From: Candidatus Omnitrophota bacterium
GTDB taxonomy: Bacteria; Omnitrophota; Omnitrophia; Omnitrophales; JACROU01
Direction: 5' to 3'
Length of the DNA stretch: 64,000 nt
NCBI GenBank assembly: GCA_016214265.1
Contig: JACROU010000045.1
Span: 1,072-65,071 of the forward strand
Shown: piece by piece, positions 32,001-41,920 of the stretch
Numbering within the stretch: position 1 is the first letter of the stretch
Layout: every line of letters begins with the position of its first letter
Notes under the pieces: model-generated
Databases searched by the model: none
The model's input: only the letters and a program-made list of their open reading frames with translations
What the model was told of the DNA's origin: nothing
Made by a program: the position numbers and the translations under genes

Positions 32001-33597
32001 TCCGTCCCGACTTCAGGTTGAGCGGAATGGTTTGCATCCCAGTGGTCCCCTTCACCTCAACTTTCACCGAAACTTCCAACAACTGCTCGCCCTTCGGAAC
32101 ATTCACGCCGATTTTGACAGCATCCGCACGGAACGAATTCAAATCGGGATGATAACTTTTTGTCCAAATCCCCACGACCGATCCCACAGGAACAGAATAA
32201 TCAAATTGCCAAACATCTTTATCCAGAGTTTCATCAAAAGTATTTTTGATCGATCCTTGCGACTGTCCGATATTGAACACGCCCTTTTCGCCGGCATCAA
32301 GCAGACTGAAGTATGGCGTAATCATGGAAACATCCGTTTTCGCGGGAGTCGAAAGCTTCACAAAATCCACAGCCAGGGATAAAATACCCTTCGCCACGTC
32401 GACATCCCCGACCGGAGCAAGAATAAAATCCACCCCTTTTAATTCGCCCAACTTTGTCCTATCGATTGATGTTTTAATCGAATTCCAACCGGATTTCAGC
32501 TGAACCGGAATATTCTGAACGCCTTTGGCCCCCTGGATCTGAGCTTCTAAAGAAATTTGGCTGGCCTGGCCGGAATTGGAAAGACGAACGCCAATTTTAG
32601 CTGTGTTAACAGAATCGGCGGTTAGAGCAGCCGGAAAATTCTTGGTCGAAATGGTTAATGCCGATCCCTTCGACAATGTGTAATCGAACTCCAAAATGTC
32701 TTTATCCACCACTTCATCACAGGTGGGAACGACGCGACCTTTCGCTGAACCGGACGGGGTCACAATTTTCTCTTTAGCGGACAAAATGCTAAATGCCGAA
32801 ACGACTGGGACCGGAGCGCTGGTCACTGGTGCAACAGGTTTTTCAGAATTTTCAGAATTAACAGCAGTTTTTCGGGGCTTAAAGGTTTTTACCTGAGGCT
32901 TGGCGACAACAGTTTGACTCACGGGGGCCTTACTACTATTAATAGAAGTAATAGAAGCCGGGGCGGTCACCGGGGCAGAACTCGCCTTCTTCGCAGGCGC
33001 CTGATTCACAAAATCGATAGCAAAAGATAACGTCCCCGTTACCATGTCACCTGATCCGGCCGCGCCCACTACGAAATCCACTTCACTCAAATCCCCGATT
33101 TTTTCCCAATCGATGGGCTGACTAATTGAATTCCAACCCGATTTCAGCTGAACCGGAATGCTTTGAACACCGGCGGATCCTTTGAAATCTAACTTGAGCG
33201 AAACCTGACTCGCCTGCTCGGCACTAGCCACTTTGACGCTAATTTTCGCTGTTTTAACCGAAGTCGCCGTCAAAGTAGCCGGAAAATTTTTGGACCAAAC
33301 GGTAATGGCTGCACTTTGAGGTATCGTATAATTGAATTCTAGAATATCTTTGTTGGTGGATTCATCAAAAGTGGAAATAACTCTTCCCTTTGCGGTGCCT
33401 TCATTGGAAACACCTTTTTGACGCGCATCGAGAAGATTAAAAGAAGAAGAGGAACTGCTGGCAGCGGAAACGTTAGCAAAAAAACCAGCAACAAAAACCG
33501 TCAGGATTGAAACAACAAAAGGGTTAAAACACAATTTTTTGCAAAGGGATGTTTTGCGGTACTCCATAATTTTCCAACTCAATCGCATCTCAACCAT
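26071..33597 (-). CDS. Large membrane-embedded GH94 glycoside phosphorylase with three N-terminal repeat domains
   Basis: C-terminal YQTSGAYGFRDQLQD, GDWNDG, GKGESIWLGFF, PEGVRENG.YCHG, YTGAAGW; long central hydrophobic region; signal peptide. Confidence 0.9.
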   Translation of the reverse strand: MVEMRLSWKIMEYRKTSLCKKLCFNPFVVSILTVFVAGFFANVSAASSSSSSFNLLDARQKGVSNEGTAKGRVISTFDESTNKDILEFNYTIPQSAAITVWSKNFPATLTATSVKTAKISVKVASAEQASQVSLKLDFKGSAGVQSIPVQLKSGWNSISQPIDWEKIGDLSEVDFVVGAAGSGDMVTGTLSFAIDFVNQAPAKKASSAPVTAPASITSINSSKAPVSQTVVAKPQVKTFKPRKTAVNSENSEKPVAPVTSAPVPVVSAFSILSAKEKIVTPSGSAKGRVVPTCDEVVDKDILEFDYTLSKGSALTISTKNFPAALTADSVNTAKIGVRLSNSGQASQISLEAQIQGAKGVQNIPVQLKSGWNSIKTSIDRTKLGELKGVDFILAPVGDVDVAKGILSLAVDFVKLSTPAKTDVSMITPYFSLLDAGEKGVFNIGQSQGSIKNTFDETLDKDVWQFDYSVPVGSVVGIWTKSYHPDLNSFRADAVKIGVNVPKGEQLLEVSVKVEVKGTTGMQTIPLNLKSGRNSLREPISWGTIGQLTEVVFVVSPMAGSSKLSTAVGPNQTAAAAPAKDVKAASGTFYFDVEFNHLSFLQKNLTFVKIGLIVLAGFLLFLLASLFGGLLSRGDSNKLKLSNVERFNIAVRARANGSALKMDFFFGVIAVLMGGAAVNIFALGTTSPLDAGFNFNFLGLALLGVLIPELLMLKLAGRNLSAGELLQNLLATGLLAASSSKVALLAAPGSWNQLFMLNNLIATITFLVYHILNASTIGSSGKQLRIVTAVVTVVTPYLFSWLLLVENITLIQTVLNGITGGVLAAWPLILAVTGRLLVAFVFNEAVTNGISLVTKGKWLNSGKAHFYIFLVSLGVVIAPQIADLGSVAVVASLPVLLKGLVAVITTMLSYAGLWGEVYLITGIALDGGKRIAPTDTSIFNHVNTGMRKGMAYSGILVAILYVLSMLLGSTAVQKIMAAMPILIGIISGALVFPLITTIIETFDGSIRFFDRAAYSYRNAILYLRGAVVGFGFAYMVTNGMFRVEMSARIAFGLLIGFLASGGVSVLRDILYAMKGQGRIQTWRLYFVDSLLGAFIGSAAAFYLDALQVPVIIEKFKLYLSAGIPRVDYITYPLINKWGRIDLGGYTGGVKLLFTESLAGVINWSIAAWLFAINKVFMQAYFEKDKAPIKFFFSKAGFATLVEHMIYVLRWGLWMAPIIFTFLRMMPNPTWYNQDGAIRTLFATYNNLTMSPSTFQAWSLQMFIYVLAFDFFRILIWMDHMGLRVATLVNLSFLGMDKLDERIAKFIGPAAAQRYIPEAVKRFTTWGPLLIPFYLPRGEAWDYAWSTSEAIQNANRGKGFLAFLQSLTWYEMALFIAACVLVCTGVACLIRALGHRSRQRRIASYELENREYKVALKENGEIYSELLGKECDITRRTYDIIDPCGRILFLVDPSQSDSGNKHSWPIIGNFPQEKFETSHFEKTDSMLKVVNIANGIRTTIEIRLPDLETTAELWNVTVENLTDQNRQLKVVPYLEWVLQGGIHDRFHTQYSRLFPEMEYVSKANAVLAWQKGTKSIGILAADIAPEGFLTSRMDFIGRARSIWEPRIFETFDFLESRDTAPYPTFDPIGSLMLGVTVEARASKSVRLMVGYAKNKEAALDLIQKHLKPHVDRTLSGAPVKKKFPLIGHGEIPPGTPQPYSEYIDQGRKLLVHTPFTPRPYDHAMSNEIHSVMVTNRGLHTSCNGNSQQNRLTPDWPDTVTKEIPAEAIYLYDPDSNEWFSPTYHPLNKTTAKHESEFGVDGTAVFRMTDGSLSTELTVFVPPTEPTGVYLLTVKNTSDKSRRMRVAPYFQMVLSFQPERAGNLPVEHDKISGALYFENPRNIFRSGWAFASMSIPAKCVETLRGRFFGSGRGVTRPFFVEEGRPDIAQYTDIRQIAGFLGSVEIPAHGECTISVILGQADDKKEARQIVQKYKNIQNVQNSLEETRNWWLSLIKTAEINTNNPEFDHLQNWLKYQAIAERVWARRGFYQTSGAYGFRDQLQDTVNLIWVDPALARKQIILHASHQFYEGDVYHWFFTLTDGRTAFSCRSQASDNPVWLAWGAVEYVRATGDHSILDEVTSYVSAEFPYAPLPKNKGGWGHIYHRSTRSDSVYRHCLRSLDLVLEKRTGKNGLPLIQTGDWNDGLDEIGSEGKGESIWLGFFVYYILKNMLDIIEKKDGAKRKEHYQKKMTALGEALEKTWREDRYLRAFHDDGTEIGIKGSGVWEIDALTAAWAVMAGINQERALTVFNTALSVLEKENAILLGWPALREDTKPYLGRSSKYPEGVRENGMYCHGVQWLVRAARILSEQFQSQGNEAKAKEYREIAYRLWLKISPISHVVPQEIEIYGGQPNKQSADILTNFDQGRMIWHGYTGAAGWMLRQAFEGVVGATLEQNELVLPADLDEPRGGLIINRVFRDVTQSPLKKHDASLRKNIANSLRANSFSKGRVTISAPEADTAVKTFRSAEESE
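31812..33442 (-). repeat. Three ~150-aa tandem domains within the GH94 protein
   Basis: Repeated F(N/S)(L/I)L.A..K...G.A.G...T.DE...KD...F.Y, G.Q.IP..LKSG.NS, L..V.F; DNA-level identity such as TTCCAACC.GATTTCAGCTGAACCGGAAT at ~32483 and ~33131. Confidence 0.85.
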
Positions 33598-33811
33598 CCT
33601 GTTCTAATTCAGGGGTGGGGAATTCCCCCCAAATTTTTTATGATTTTTGAATCCATATCATCTTAAGCGAAAAAAGAAAAAAGATAATATTGCGATAACC
33701 CTTTTACGAAGAGGCCGAAATTATAGCAGATAAACCGTATTTTGCGAGGATTTTGCCCCCTTTTTTTCGGGGGGGAATGGGCTCAAGCCACTCTGGCTCA
33801 ACAACCTAGAA

Positions 33812-34360
33812 TCAATACTGAATTAGCGAAAAAACGGGATATTTTTTCAGTTTATCCCGGCCTTTGAGGAAAGAAAGCTCAATCAGGAATCCAAATCCTT
33901 CGATAATCCCGCCGAGTTTTTCGATCAGCTTAGCCACCGACTTCGAAGTTCCCCCAGTCGCCAGAAGATCATCAATCACAAGGACCCGGGTTCCCTTCTC
34001 GATAGCATCCTTGTGAATCTCCAATGAGTCCGTACCGTATTCAAGTTGATAGGTAACAGAAACGGTTTTATGCGGGAGTTTGCCTTTTTTGCGGATAGGA
34101 ATAAATCCGACGCCTAGACGGGCGGCAATCATGGGTGCGAAAATGAATCCGCGTGATTCGATGCCGGCGACCACGTCTACATCCATTTTTCTGGCTTCTT
34201 CCACCATAAGATCGGCAACGAGCTTCAGAGACTCGCCATCTTTCAGAAGGGTCGTAATATCTTTGAAAACAATCCCTTTTTTCGGAAAATCAGCAACGTC
34301 ACGAATGCGCTCTTTCAGTCTTGCAACTTGAATCATCGTAGGCACTTTTTTTCTCCTCAC
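33812..34360 (-). CDS. apt: Adenine phosphoribosyltransferase
   Basis: DFPKKGIVFKDIT, IESRGF, RKKGKLP, LEYG, DDLLATGGT; true start may be 34336. Confidence 0.96.
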   Translation of the reverse strand: MRRKKVPTMIQVARLKERIRDVADFPKKGIVFKDITTLLKDGESLKLVADLMVEEARKMDVDVVAGIESRGFIFAPMIAARLGVGFIPIRKKGKLPHKTVSVTYQLEYGTDSLEIHKDAIEKGTRVLVIDDLLATGGTSKSVAKLIEKLGGIIEGFGFLIELSFLKGRDKLKKYPVFSLIQY

Positions 34361-34366
34361 GGTGGA

Positions 34367-35275
34367 TCAGCTGACATAGTTTTCGAGTTTGTCGTGCTCA
34401 ACCAACAGCTGAGCTTTGATTTTCCGGATCGCGATTGCCTCAATCTGGCGAACGCGTTCGCGGGTAATATCAAATTGCTTTGCGGTTTCTTCAAGGGTGT
34501 GCGGTTCCTGGCCCCGGAGACCAAACCTTAATACAATTACTTTTTTCTCCCGCTCGTCGAGACAATCTAATAGTTTATCAATACGCTCGGTTTTAAAGAC
34601 TTCTTCGGTGTTTTGAATCGGCTGGTCATAATTCTCGTCCTGAATCAAATCAATCAATTCCGCGGATCCGTCAATGCTAAGCGGCGCGTTGAGCGAGCTG
34701 GGTCGATTCGCAATATTTTCAATTTCTTTGATTTTAGAGGCTGGAACTTTCATGATTTTGGCGATTTCATTGCGCGTCGGAACACGGTCCAGTTTTTGAG
34801 TCAGAGCGTCGCGGACTTTTCTCCACTTGGATACAATATCAAACATGTAGACGGGAATGCGGATGGTCTTCCCCTGATTGGACAGCGCGCGCATAATCGC
34901 CTGCTTGATCCACCAGGAAGCATATGTAGAAAACCGATAGCCTTTCTTATAATTGAATTTGTCGACAGCACGCATCAGTCCGATATTGCCTTCTTCGACC
35001 AGATCCGAGAACGAAAGCCCCAAATTGGTGTAGCGCTTGGCAATGCTAATCACCAGGCGCAAATTGCTGCGAATCATTTTATGGCGTGCCCGCCCTGCCG
35101 TGCGTGATCTTGCGTTTATTTCTTTCGCTAAATCTACTTCTTCTTGAGGAGTTAAAAGAGGTATTTTCTCAATTTGCTTGAGATAAATAGACATCGGCGT
35201 TTGGCTTGAAATTCCGCCGCCTGACGTACTTGGAGCTTTAAACTTGAATTTCTTGTGTTCTACTTTTTTCCGCAT
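34367..35275 (-). CDS. Sigma-70 family RNA polymerase sigma factor (RpoD/RpoS-like, no region 1.1)
   Basis: [48 protein letters not shown]. Confidence 0.93.
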   Translation of the reverse strand: MRKKVEHKKFKFKAPSTSGGGISSQTPMSIYLKQIEKIPLLTPQEEVDLAKEINARSRTAGRARHKMIRSNLRLVISIAKRYTNLGLSFSDLVEEGNIGLMRAVDKFNYKKGYRFSTYASWWIKQAIMRALSNQGKTIRIPVYMFDIVSKWRKVRDALTQKLDRVPTRNEIAKIMKVPASKIKEIENIANRPSSLNAPLSIDGSAELIDLIQDENYDQPIQNTEEVFKTERIDKLLDCLDEREKKVIVLRFGLRGQEPHTLEETAKQFDITRERVRQIEAIAIRKIKAQLLVEHDKLENYVS

Positions 35276-35352
35276 AAGAACCCTGTGGTGGGATAAATGG
35301 TCCTATAATTTACGGCTAACTTACGGTTTTATTGAGCACCAGAGTCCCGGGC

Positions 35353-35382
35353 TAGGTGCCAGGTTCATGAACCTGGCACCTA
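35353..35382. repeat. 30-bp perfect palindrome downstream of ppdK
   Basis: TAGGTGCCAGGTTCA|TGAACCTGGCACCTA. Confidence 0.8.
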
Positions 35383-35405
35383 ATTTCCGGAAATTTCCAG
35401 ATTTT

Positions 35406-38093
35406 TTACTTCTTTGCCAGCTTCAGTTCTGCCTGAGCTGCGGCCAAACGGGCAATGGGAACCCGGTACGGCGAACAGCTGACATAGTTCATCCCAACGG
35501 CCACGCAGAAGTTAACGGAATCGGGGTCGCCGCCCTGCTCTCCGCAAATGCCTACTTTTAGCCCCGGACGAACTTTGCGTCCCTTCTCGATCCCCATCCG
35601 CATCAGAGAACCGACACCCTCGGTATCGATTGACTGGAACGGATCTTTATCGAGAATTTCAAGCGACAGATAACTTTCAAGGAAAGTCGCCGCGTCATCA
35701 CGCGAAAATCCGTAAGTCATCTGGGTCAGATCGTTCGTTCCGTAAGAAAAGAACTCGGCCGCCTCGGCAATTTTATCCGCCGTCAGCGCCGCGCGCGGCA
35801 CTTCGATCATGGTTCCGATCATGAACTGCACTTTGTCGTTTTTCTCACTGAACACCTTTTCAATGACTTTCAGTGATTTATCTTTCAGGAATGTGAATTC
35901 CTTGAGAGTACCGACAAGAGGAATCATGATTTCCGGAAGTACTTTAATGCCTTTACGCTTCATATTGATTGCAGCTTCAATGATTGCGCGCACCTGCATC
36001 TCATAAATTTCCGGGAACGTGATACCCAAACGGCAGCCGCGATGTCCCAGCATGGGATTGAATTCGCTCAAGATATGCACTTTGTGTTTAATCTTGTCGA
36101 TTGAAACGCCCATCACCTGAGCCATTTCCTGCTGCGAAGCTTCTTCGTGCGGCAAGAATTCATGCAGCGGTGGGTCGAGCAAACGAACCGTCACAGGCAA
36201 GTCGTTCATCGCGCTGAAAATCCCCTCAAAATCCTTCCGTTGAATAGGAAGCAATTTAAGGAGCGCCTTTTCACGCTCCGCCGTGTTCTCGGCCAAAATC
36301 ATTTCACGCATCGCAATAATGCGGTCAGCCTCGAAAAACATGTGCTCGGTGCGGCAAAGACCTATACCTTCGGCGCCGAATTTCCGTGCAACCTGCGCAT
36401 CGTTCGGCGTGTCGGCATTGGTACGGACCTTGATCTTGCGATATTTGTCAGCCCATTTCATAAGCCGGTCAAAATCGCTGCTCAGTTCTGGTTCAACGGT
36501 TTTCACCTGGCCAAGATAAACTTCACCCAGCGAACCGTCCATCGAAATCCAATCGCCTTCTTTCACTTCAACGCCTTCGACCTTGAAGATCTTTTTGTCA
36601 TAATTAATATCGAGTTCACTCACTCCAGCCACGCAACATTTACCCATTCCGCGGGCAACCACAGCCGCATGCGAAGTCATACCGCCACGCGCCGTCAAAA
36701 TTCCTTGAGCGGCGTTCATACCGGCGATATCTTCGGGTGAGGTTTCTTCGCGAACCAAAATCACTTTGGTTCCCTTTTTCGCGAGCTCTTCGGCATGTTC
36801 CGCGGTAAACACGACTTCGCCTGAAGCCGCGCCCGGGGACGCCGGAAGACCTTTTGCGATTTTCTTTTTCTTCACTTTCGGATCAAAGTTGGGATGCAAG
36901 AGCTGATCCAGCTGTTTCGGCTGAACGCGCATAACCGCCTGGGCTTCCGTAATCATTTTCTCGCGCACAAATTCGCAAGCAATTCGGACCGCGGCGGCGG
37001 CTGTTCTTTTTCCGGAACGGGTCTGGAGAAAATAAAGCTTCCCTTCCTGAATCGTAAATTCCATATCCTGCATGTCCCGGTAATGCTTCTCGAGCCGGTC
37101 CTTGATCGCCACAAGCTCGCCGTAAATCCGGGGCATTTCTTTCTTGAGGATATTCAAAGGTTTCGGCGTGCGGATACCAGCCACAACGTCTTCACCCTGA
37201 GCGTTGATCAAATATTCCCCGTAAAATACTTTTTCTCCGGTAGAGGGGTCCCGCGAAAAGCAAACGCCGGTTCCGGATGTCTCGCCCATATTGCCGAACA
37301 CCATGGCTTGAGCGGTCACCGCGGTTCCCATAAGTCCCTTGATATTATTCAGCTCGCGATATTTGAGTGCGCGCGGATTATTCCACGATCCAAAAACCGC
37401 GTTGATCGCTTTGAACAACTGCTCGATGGGGTCCTGAGGAAATTCCTCGCCGGTTTTGTCTTTGTAGATTTTTTTGTATTGCCGAACGATTTCTTTCAGG
37501 TCCGCGGCGGAAAGATCCATATCCGCTTTCGCACCAACCTGTTTTTTCTTGGTTTCAAGAATGTGCTCGAATTCATCGTGATCCACGTTCATCACAACGT
37601 CACCGAACATTTGAATGAAACGGCGATAGCTGTCCCATGCGAAACGTTCGTTCTCGGTTTTGATGATAATTCCCTGAACTACTTCGGAATTGAGTCCGAG
37701 ATTCAACACAGTATCCATCATGCCCGGCATCGACACCGCGGCACCGGAACGAACGGAAACAAGCAGCGGATTTTCTTTGCTGCCAAATTTTGCGCCCATG
37801 GATTTCTCAAGTTTCGCCAAATTATCAAGAATTTGCTGTTCCAGTCCGGCTGGCCATTTTTTGGCGTTCTGGTAATACAAATTGCAAACTTCTGTGGTGA
37901 TCGTAAATCCCGGAGGAACGGGTATTCCCAAATTGGTCATTTCAGCCAGGTTGGCTCCCTTGCCTCCCAAGAGCGGCTTCATCTCGGCTTTACCTTCTGC
38001 CTTGCCGCTTCCAAAAAAATAAACGAACTTCCCTCCTGTCTTTTTCACTCGAGTCCTTCCTTTCTCTGATTTAGCCTTCAAAAACGTTGCCAT
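35406..38093 (-). CDS. ppdK: Pyruvate, phosphate dikinase
   Basis: GGKGANL, SVRSGA..SMPGMMDT, GGMTSHAAVVARG, GTNDLTQ. Confidence 0.97.
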   Translation of the reverse strand: MATFLKAKSEKGRTRVKKTGGKFVYFFGSGKAEGKAEMKPLLGGKGANLAEMTNLGIPVPPGFTITTEVCNLYYQNAKKWPAGLEQQILDNLAKLEKSMGAKFGSKENPLLVSVRSGAAVSMPGMMDTVLNLGLNSEVVQGIIIKTENERFAWDSYRRFIQMFGDVVMNVDHDEFEHILETKKKQVGAKADMDLSAADLKEIVRQYKKIYKDKTGEEFPQDPIEQLFKAINAVFGSWNNPRALKYRELNNIKGLMGTAVTAQAMVFGNMGETSGTGVCFSRDPSTGEKVFYGEYLINAQGEDVVAGIRTPKPLNILKKEMPRIYGELVAIKDRLEKHYRDMQDMEFTIQEGKLYFLQTRSGKRTAAAAVRIACEFVREKMITEAQAVMRVQPKQLDQLLHPNFDPKVKKKKIAKGLPASPGAASGEVVFTAEHAEELAKKGTKVILVREETSPEDIAGMNAAQGILTARGGMTSHAAVVARGMGKCCVAGVSELDINYDKKIFKVEGVEVKEGDWISMDGSLGEVYLGQVKTVEPELSSDFDRLMKWADKYRKIKVRTNADTPNDAQVARKFGAEGIGLCRTEHMFFEADRIIAMREMILAENTAEREKALLKLLPIQRKDFEGIFSAMNDLPVTVRLLDPPLHEFLPHEEASQQEMAQVMGVSIDKIKHKVHILSEFNPMLGHRGCRLGITFPEIYEMQVRAIIEAAINMKRKGIKVLPEIMIPLVGTLKEFTFLKDKSLKVIEKVFSEKNDKVQFMIGTMIEVPRAALTADKIAEAAEFFSYGTNDLTQMTYGFSRDDAATFLESYLSLEILDKDPFQSIDTEGVGSLMRMGIEKGRKVRPGLKVGICGEQGGDPDSVNFCVAVGMNYVSCSPYRVPIARLAAAQAELKLAKK

Positions 38094-38114
38094 TTCTAAT
38101 GCTCCTTTCTAGAT

Positions 38115-40280
38115 TTAAGCGATATCAACACTGGTTAAACATGATAAATCTGCAACTCGGTCAACGTAAAGCGCGTTGATCTTTTTCATCAAAGCCTGCC
38201 GATTGGCTCGAACCTCGCGATCTTCCACATTGACCATCACATTGTCAAAAAACTTGTGAATGGGTTCATAAAACACCTGGCCGTAAAACCGCGTGACACC
38301 CAAATAATCTTTGCGGCTCAACTGTTCGTTAAACTTCGCTTCGTTGTCACGGCAAAGCTTCATAAGATTTTTTTCAAGCTCGTCAGAAAACAGGCTTTCT
38401 TTAATTTCGTCGCCAACGGCGCCCTTCACCCCTTTCAAAATATTGCTGGTGCGCTCCACCACTTTTGCGGTTTGAAGAAACATCTGACGCTCACGATCCG
38501 CAAAATCGCGGAGCGCCTCGAACCGTTTGAGCACATCATTCACATCATCAAAACGTGTCGATTGAACCGCCTGAAGAATTTCGTAAGGCTGAGTTCCCGG
38601 CTTCAGATTAAGTTCAAAGAAAAGCCGCTCTTTAAAAAATGCTTTGAGTTTCGTCTCGGCTTCCGGACTCCAATTAATTTTTGAACCGTAAAGTTCGCGG
38701 AACTTATCGATCAGATGATTCAGCGAAAAAGAAAATCCAAACGCACGGATAATTTTTACGATACCACCCGCCGCGCGGCGAAGCGCGTACGGATCCTGGC
38801 TCCCCGTCGGAATAAACCCGGCGCCAAAGGCCCCAACCACGGTGTCCGCCTTTTCAAGAATGGCGAGCATACCACCAAGCCGGTTCATGTTCGATGATAA
38901 TTCTGTGTAATCCATATTTAGGCTTTTTGGCCAATATTGAGCGTCAATCGCACGGGCCACGTCCACATCTTCGCGGTCAAACAGCGAATATTCCCGACCC
39001 ATGATACCCTGCAATTCGGGAAACTCATACACCATCGCGGAAACCAAATCCGCCTTCGATAATTCTGCAGCGCGGACAAGATTTTTCTTCTCACCCGAAG
39101 AAAGTTTCATGTCATCAGCAAAAAATGCGGCGGCGGATTTCATCCGCTCGACCTTGTCATAAACGGTTCCGAGTTTGCCGAGAAAAACAATTCCCTTGAG
39201 CTTCTCGATTTTCGCCGCGAGCGGCTTTTGCGTGTCTTCGTGATAAAAAAACTGCGCGTCGCGAAGGCGGCTTTCGAGTACGCGGCCATAATCTTCCGAG
39301 ATTTTTTTCAGATCGTTACGCTTGCCATTCATCACCGCCACGAATCGCGGCTCGAGCTTTCCGGATTTGTCAAAGCAGGCGAAAATTTTTTGATGTTTTT
39401 TCATGCAAGTCGCAAGCACTTCGCTCGGGAGTGCGAGAAAACTTTTGTCGAATGAACCCGTAATCAAAAACGGCTCTTCCACCAAATCAGAAGCATCGGC
39501 CACCAGCTCCGTGTCAAAGGCCGCCGCGTCCCAGCCTTCTTTCGCGGCGAGTTTGGTCAAATCATTCTTGATGAGCTCCTGACGCTTTTCGCGGCAGATA
39601 ATGACATGCTGTTTTGCCAACAAAGTTTCGTAATCGCCGATCTTTGAAATTCGGATTGGTTTTTTGGACAGGAATCGGTGCCCCAAAGTAATTTGCCCGG
39701 ATGTCACGCCGGCAATGTCAAACGGGATAAGCTTGTCATCGAAGAGCGCAACGATCCAGCGAATCGGACGGCTGAAACGCATTCCCGTTGATTCCCAACG
39801 CATATTTTTTGGAAAAGCAAGTTTGAGAATCAATTGTTTGAGCACTTCCGGAAGAATTTTTATTGTAGGTTTTACCGGTTCCTCGATTTTCGCGACCAGG
39901 TAAGTTCCCTTCTCGGTTTTTTCTTCGACGAGCGCTTCCCGCAAAACGCCTCTGGACTTCATAAATCCTTCCAGCGCCTGCGAAGGCTTGCCTTCAGCGT
40001 CATACGCTTTATCGATCGACGGCCCGCGGAAAATTTTTTCTGAAGCCGACTGTTTTGAGGGAATCCCTTCGAACCAAAATACGATGCGCCGTGGCGTCGT
40101 CGTAATCGAAACTTTTTCGAAAGCGAGGCGGTTGTCGGAAAAAAGCTTTCGGCAAATATTCTCCCATTCGCCATTTTCGACATTGCCCCAATGATGCATC
40201 GGGAGTTCTTCAACGCCGATTTCAAAAAGGAGCTCGCCTTCAGAAGATTTCTTGAGATTTGAGGATGACTTTTTGCTCAT
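38115..40280 (-). CDS. glyS: Glycine--tRNA ligase beta subunit
   Basis: [32 protein letters not shown]. Confidence 0.96.
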   Translation of the reverse strand: MSKKSSSNLKKSSEGELLFEIGVEELPMHHWGNVENGEWENICRKLFSDNRLAFEKVSITTTPRRIVFWFEGIPSKQSASEKIFRGPSIDKAYDAEGKPSQALEGFMKSRGVLREALVEEKTEKGTYLVAKIEEPVKPTIKILPEVLKQLILKLAFPKNMRWESTGMRFSRPIRWIVALFDDKLIPFDIAGVTSGQITLGHRFLSKKPIRISKIGDYETLLAKQHVIICREKRQELIKNDLTKLAAKEGWDAAAFDTELVADASDLVEEPFLITGSFDKSFLALPSEVLATCMKKHQKIFACFDKSGKLEPRFVAVMNGKRNDLKKISEDYGRVLESRLRDAQFFYHEDTQKPLAAKIEKLKGIVFLGKLGTVYDKVERMKSAAAFFADDMKLSSGEKKNLVRAAELSKADLVSAMVYEFPELQGIMGREYSLFDREDVDVARAIDAQYWPKSLNMDYTELSSNMNRLGGMLAILEKADTVVGAFGAGFIPTGSQDPYALRRAAGGIVKIIRAFGFSFSLNHLIDKFRELYGSKINWSPEAETKLKAFFKERLFFELNLKPGTQPYEILQAVQSTRFDDVNDVLKRFEALRDFADRERQMFLQTAKVVERTSNILKGVKGAVGDEIKESLFSDELEKNLMKLCRDNEAKFNEQLSRKDYLGVTRFYGQVFYEPIHKFFDNVMVNVEDREVRANRQALMKKINALYVDRVADLSCLTSVDIA

Positions 40281-41182
40281 TTCGATTTCTTACTTTTTTT
40301 CACAAGCGGGAAACCCAGTTGTTTACGAACCTCAAGATAGCCTTCCGCGCAGCCTTTGGCCAGCGCACGGACCCGGCCAATGTATCGCGGGCGCTCGGTC
40401 ACGCTGACAGCCCCGCGGGCATCCAGCAAATTAAACGTGTGCGACGCTTTCAGACAAAAATCGTAGGCCGGAAGCACCAGTCCTTTTTCCAGCAGGCGCT
40501 TAGCTTCATTCTCGTAATCTTCAAACTGGCGGCCGAGAAGTTCCACATTCGCCTCTTCAAAATTGAAACGGGAAAATTCTTTCTCGCCTTCCAAATGCAC
40601 ATCACCGTAAGTTTCGTTTCCGCCCCAGTGAATATCGAACATCGACTTTTTGTTCTGCAGAAACATCGCGATGCGTTCAAGACCGTAAGTAATTTCGCAG
40701 GAAATCATTTCCAAATCGATGCCGCCGCATTGTTGGAAATAGGTAAATTGCGTAATCTCCAAACTATCGAGCCACACTTCCCAGCCGAGGCCCCAAGCTC
40801 CGAGTGTCGGCGATTCCCAGTCATCTTCAACAAAACGAATGTCATGCGCATCAACATCGATACCAACGTAACGAAGACTGTTCAGATAAAGTTCCTGGCA
40901 ATTGTTGGGAGCGGGTTTCAGAATCACTTGATATTGATAATAATGCTGAGTGCGGACCGGATTTTCGCCGTAGCGGCCATCGGTCGGTCGGCGAGAAGGT
41001 TCAACATAAGCCGCGTTCCAAGGTTCAGGACCCAGCGCACGCAAGAAAGTGTGAGGAGAAAATGTTCCCGCGCCCTTTTCCAGATCGTAAGGCTGAACCA
41101 CCAGACAGCCTTGAGCGGCCCAAAAGTTATTGAGGCGTTGAATCAATTCCTGAAAGGTAACTGCTTTGGATAAAGTGGCCAT
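40277..41182 (-). CDS. glyQ: Glycine--tRNA ligase alpha subunit
   Basis: [31 protein letters not shown]. Confidence 0.97.
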   Translation of the reverse strand: MATLSKAVTFQELIQRLNNFWAAQGCLVVQPYDLEKGAGTFSPHTFLRALGPEPWNAAYVEPSRRPTDGRYGENPVRTQHYYQYQVILKPAPNNCQELYLNSLRYVGIDVDAHDIRFVEDDWESPTLGAWGLGWEVWLDSLEITQFTYFQQCGGIDLEMISCEITYGLERIAMFLQNKKSMFDIHWGGNETYGDVHLEGEKEFSRFNFEEANVELLGRQFEDYENEAKRLLEKGLVLPAYDFCLKASHTFNLLDARGAVSVTERPRYIGRVRALAKGCAEGYLEVRKQLGFPLVKKSKKSK

Positions 41183-41303
41183 AAGAGCTGGCGATTCTAT
41201 CAGAAAGAACAGGCCAAATCAAGGAAGGTAACTTGTTACAGAGAAATGAATTAGAACATGATTACAACCTTAGCTCAACCCGAAATAATATTCCGCAGTG
41301 GAA

Positions 41304-41654
41304 TTATTTATTCGGTTCGTAATGTTCAGCCCCTTCACCGGATTTATGGCTGTGCGGATGGCTTTCCATCATCTCGCCTGACTCAGCGGATTCTCTTGCC
41401 GCTTCACCTTGGTGAAAATGCTTTGTATCCTCAGTTTTTGCAGCATGTCCTTTTCCCTTAGAAAGATCGCCTTCGATCTTGGCTTGTTTCTTCTGATCAA
41501 CTACATAATGAGATACACCCGAACCTTTCTTCTTAGCATGGCCATGCGTACTCTTCCCAGCTTCCTGATTTGTTGGGGCTGCCAGAGAATAAGAAGAGAA
41601 AAACATCACAAATAATACCAACAAGCCCAAAAACATGAATCGCATTCTACTCAT
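41304..41654 (-). CDS. Exported His/Lys/Glu-rich low-complexity protein
   Basis: Signal peptide; about 10 His in the mature part; overlaps the upstream ORF by 4 bp. Confidence 0.6.
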   Translation of the reverse strand: MSRMRFMFLGLLVLFVMFFSSYSLAAPTNQEAGKSTHGHAKKKGSGVSHYVVDQKKQAKIEGDLSKGKGHAAKTEDTKHFHQGEAARESAESGEMMESHPHSHKSGEGAEHYEPNK

Positions 41655-41920
41655 TTTAAATTTCCTCCTTGAACTGCATGCCCGTGTTCTTGCCCAGGCT
41701 TTTCAGAATCAATTTTTGCCACATTGGCCCCTCGCCCAGCACTCGATGAATCCGCAAACATGGGGCAGTTGGCATCCATAACTTCCCCTTGCCCTGCAGT
41801 AGCAGTGTCACAGGTACTCTGTCCTGCCGACGAATGCCCGGACATTGAACAACAGCCAGCCCACGCTGTTGAACTTGTAATAAGAAACATAAGAACAAAC
41901 AGATTAATTCGTTTTTTCAT
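41651..41920 (-). CDS. Small exported Cys/Met/His-containing protein
   Basis: Signal peptide ending AWA; GCCSMSGH, NCPMF, HGH; AGGAG Shine-Dalgarno upstream. Confidence 0.6.
   Translation of the reverse strand: MKKRINLFVLMFLITSSTAWAGCCSMSGHSSAGQSTCDTATAGQGEVMDANCPMFADSSSAGRGANVAKIDSEKPGQEHGHAVQGGNLK

Noticed and set aside
33600-33810. Possible riboswitch upstream of the GH94 gene
   Set aside because: Only short G/C-run hairpins; no aptamer consensus recognised.
36894-41173. Long plus-strand ORFs (391 aa and 304 aa) opposite ppdK and glyQ
   Set aside because: Typical antisense frames of conserved genes with biased codon usage.
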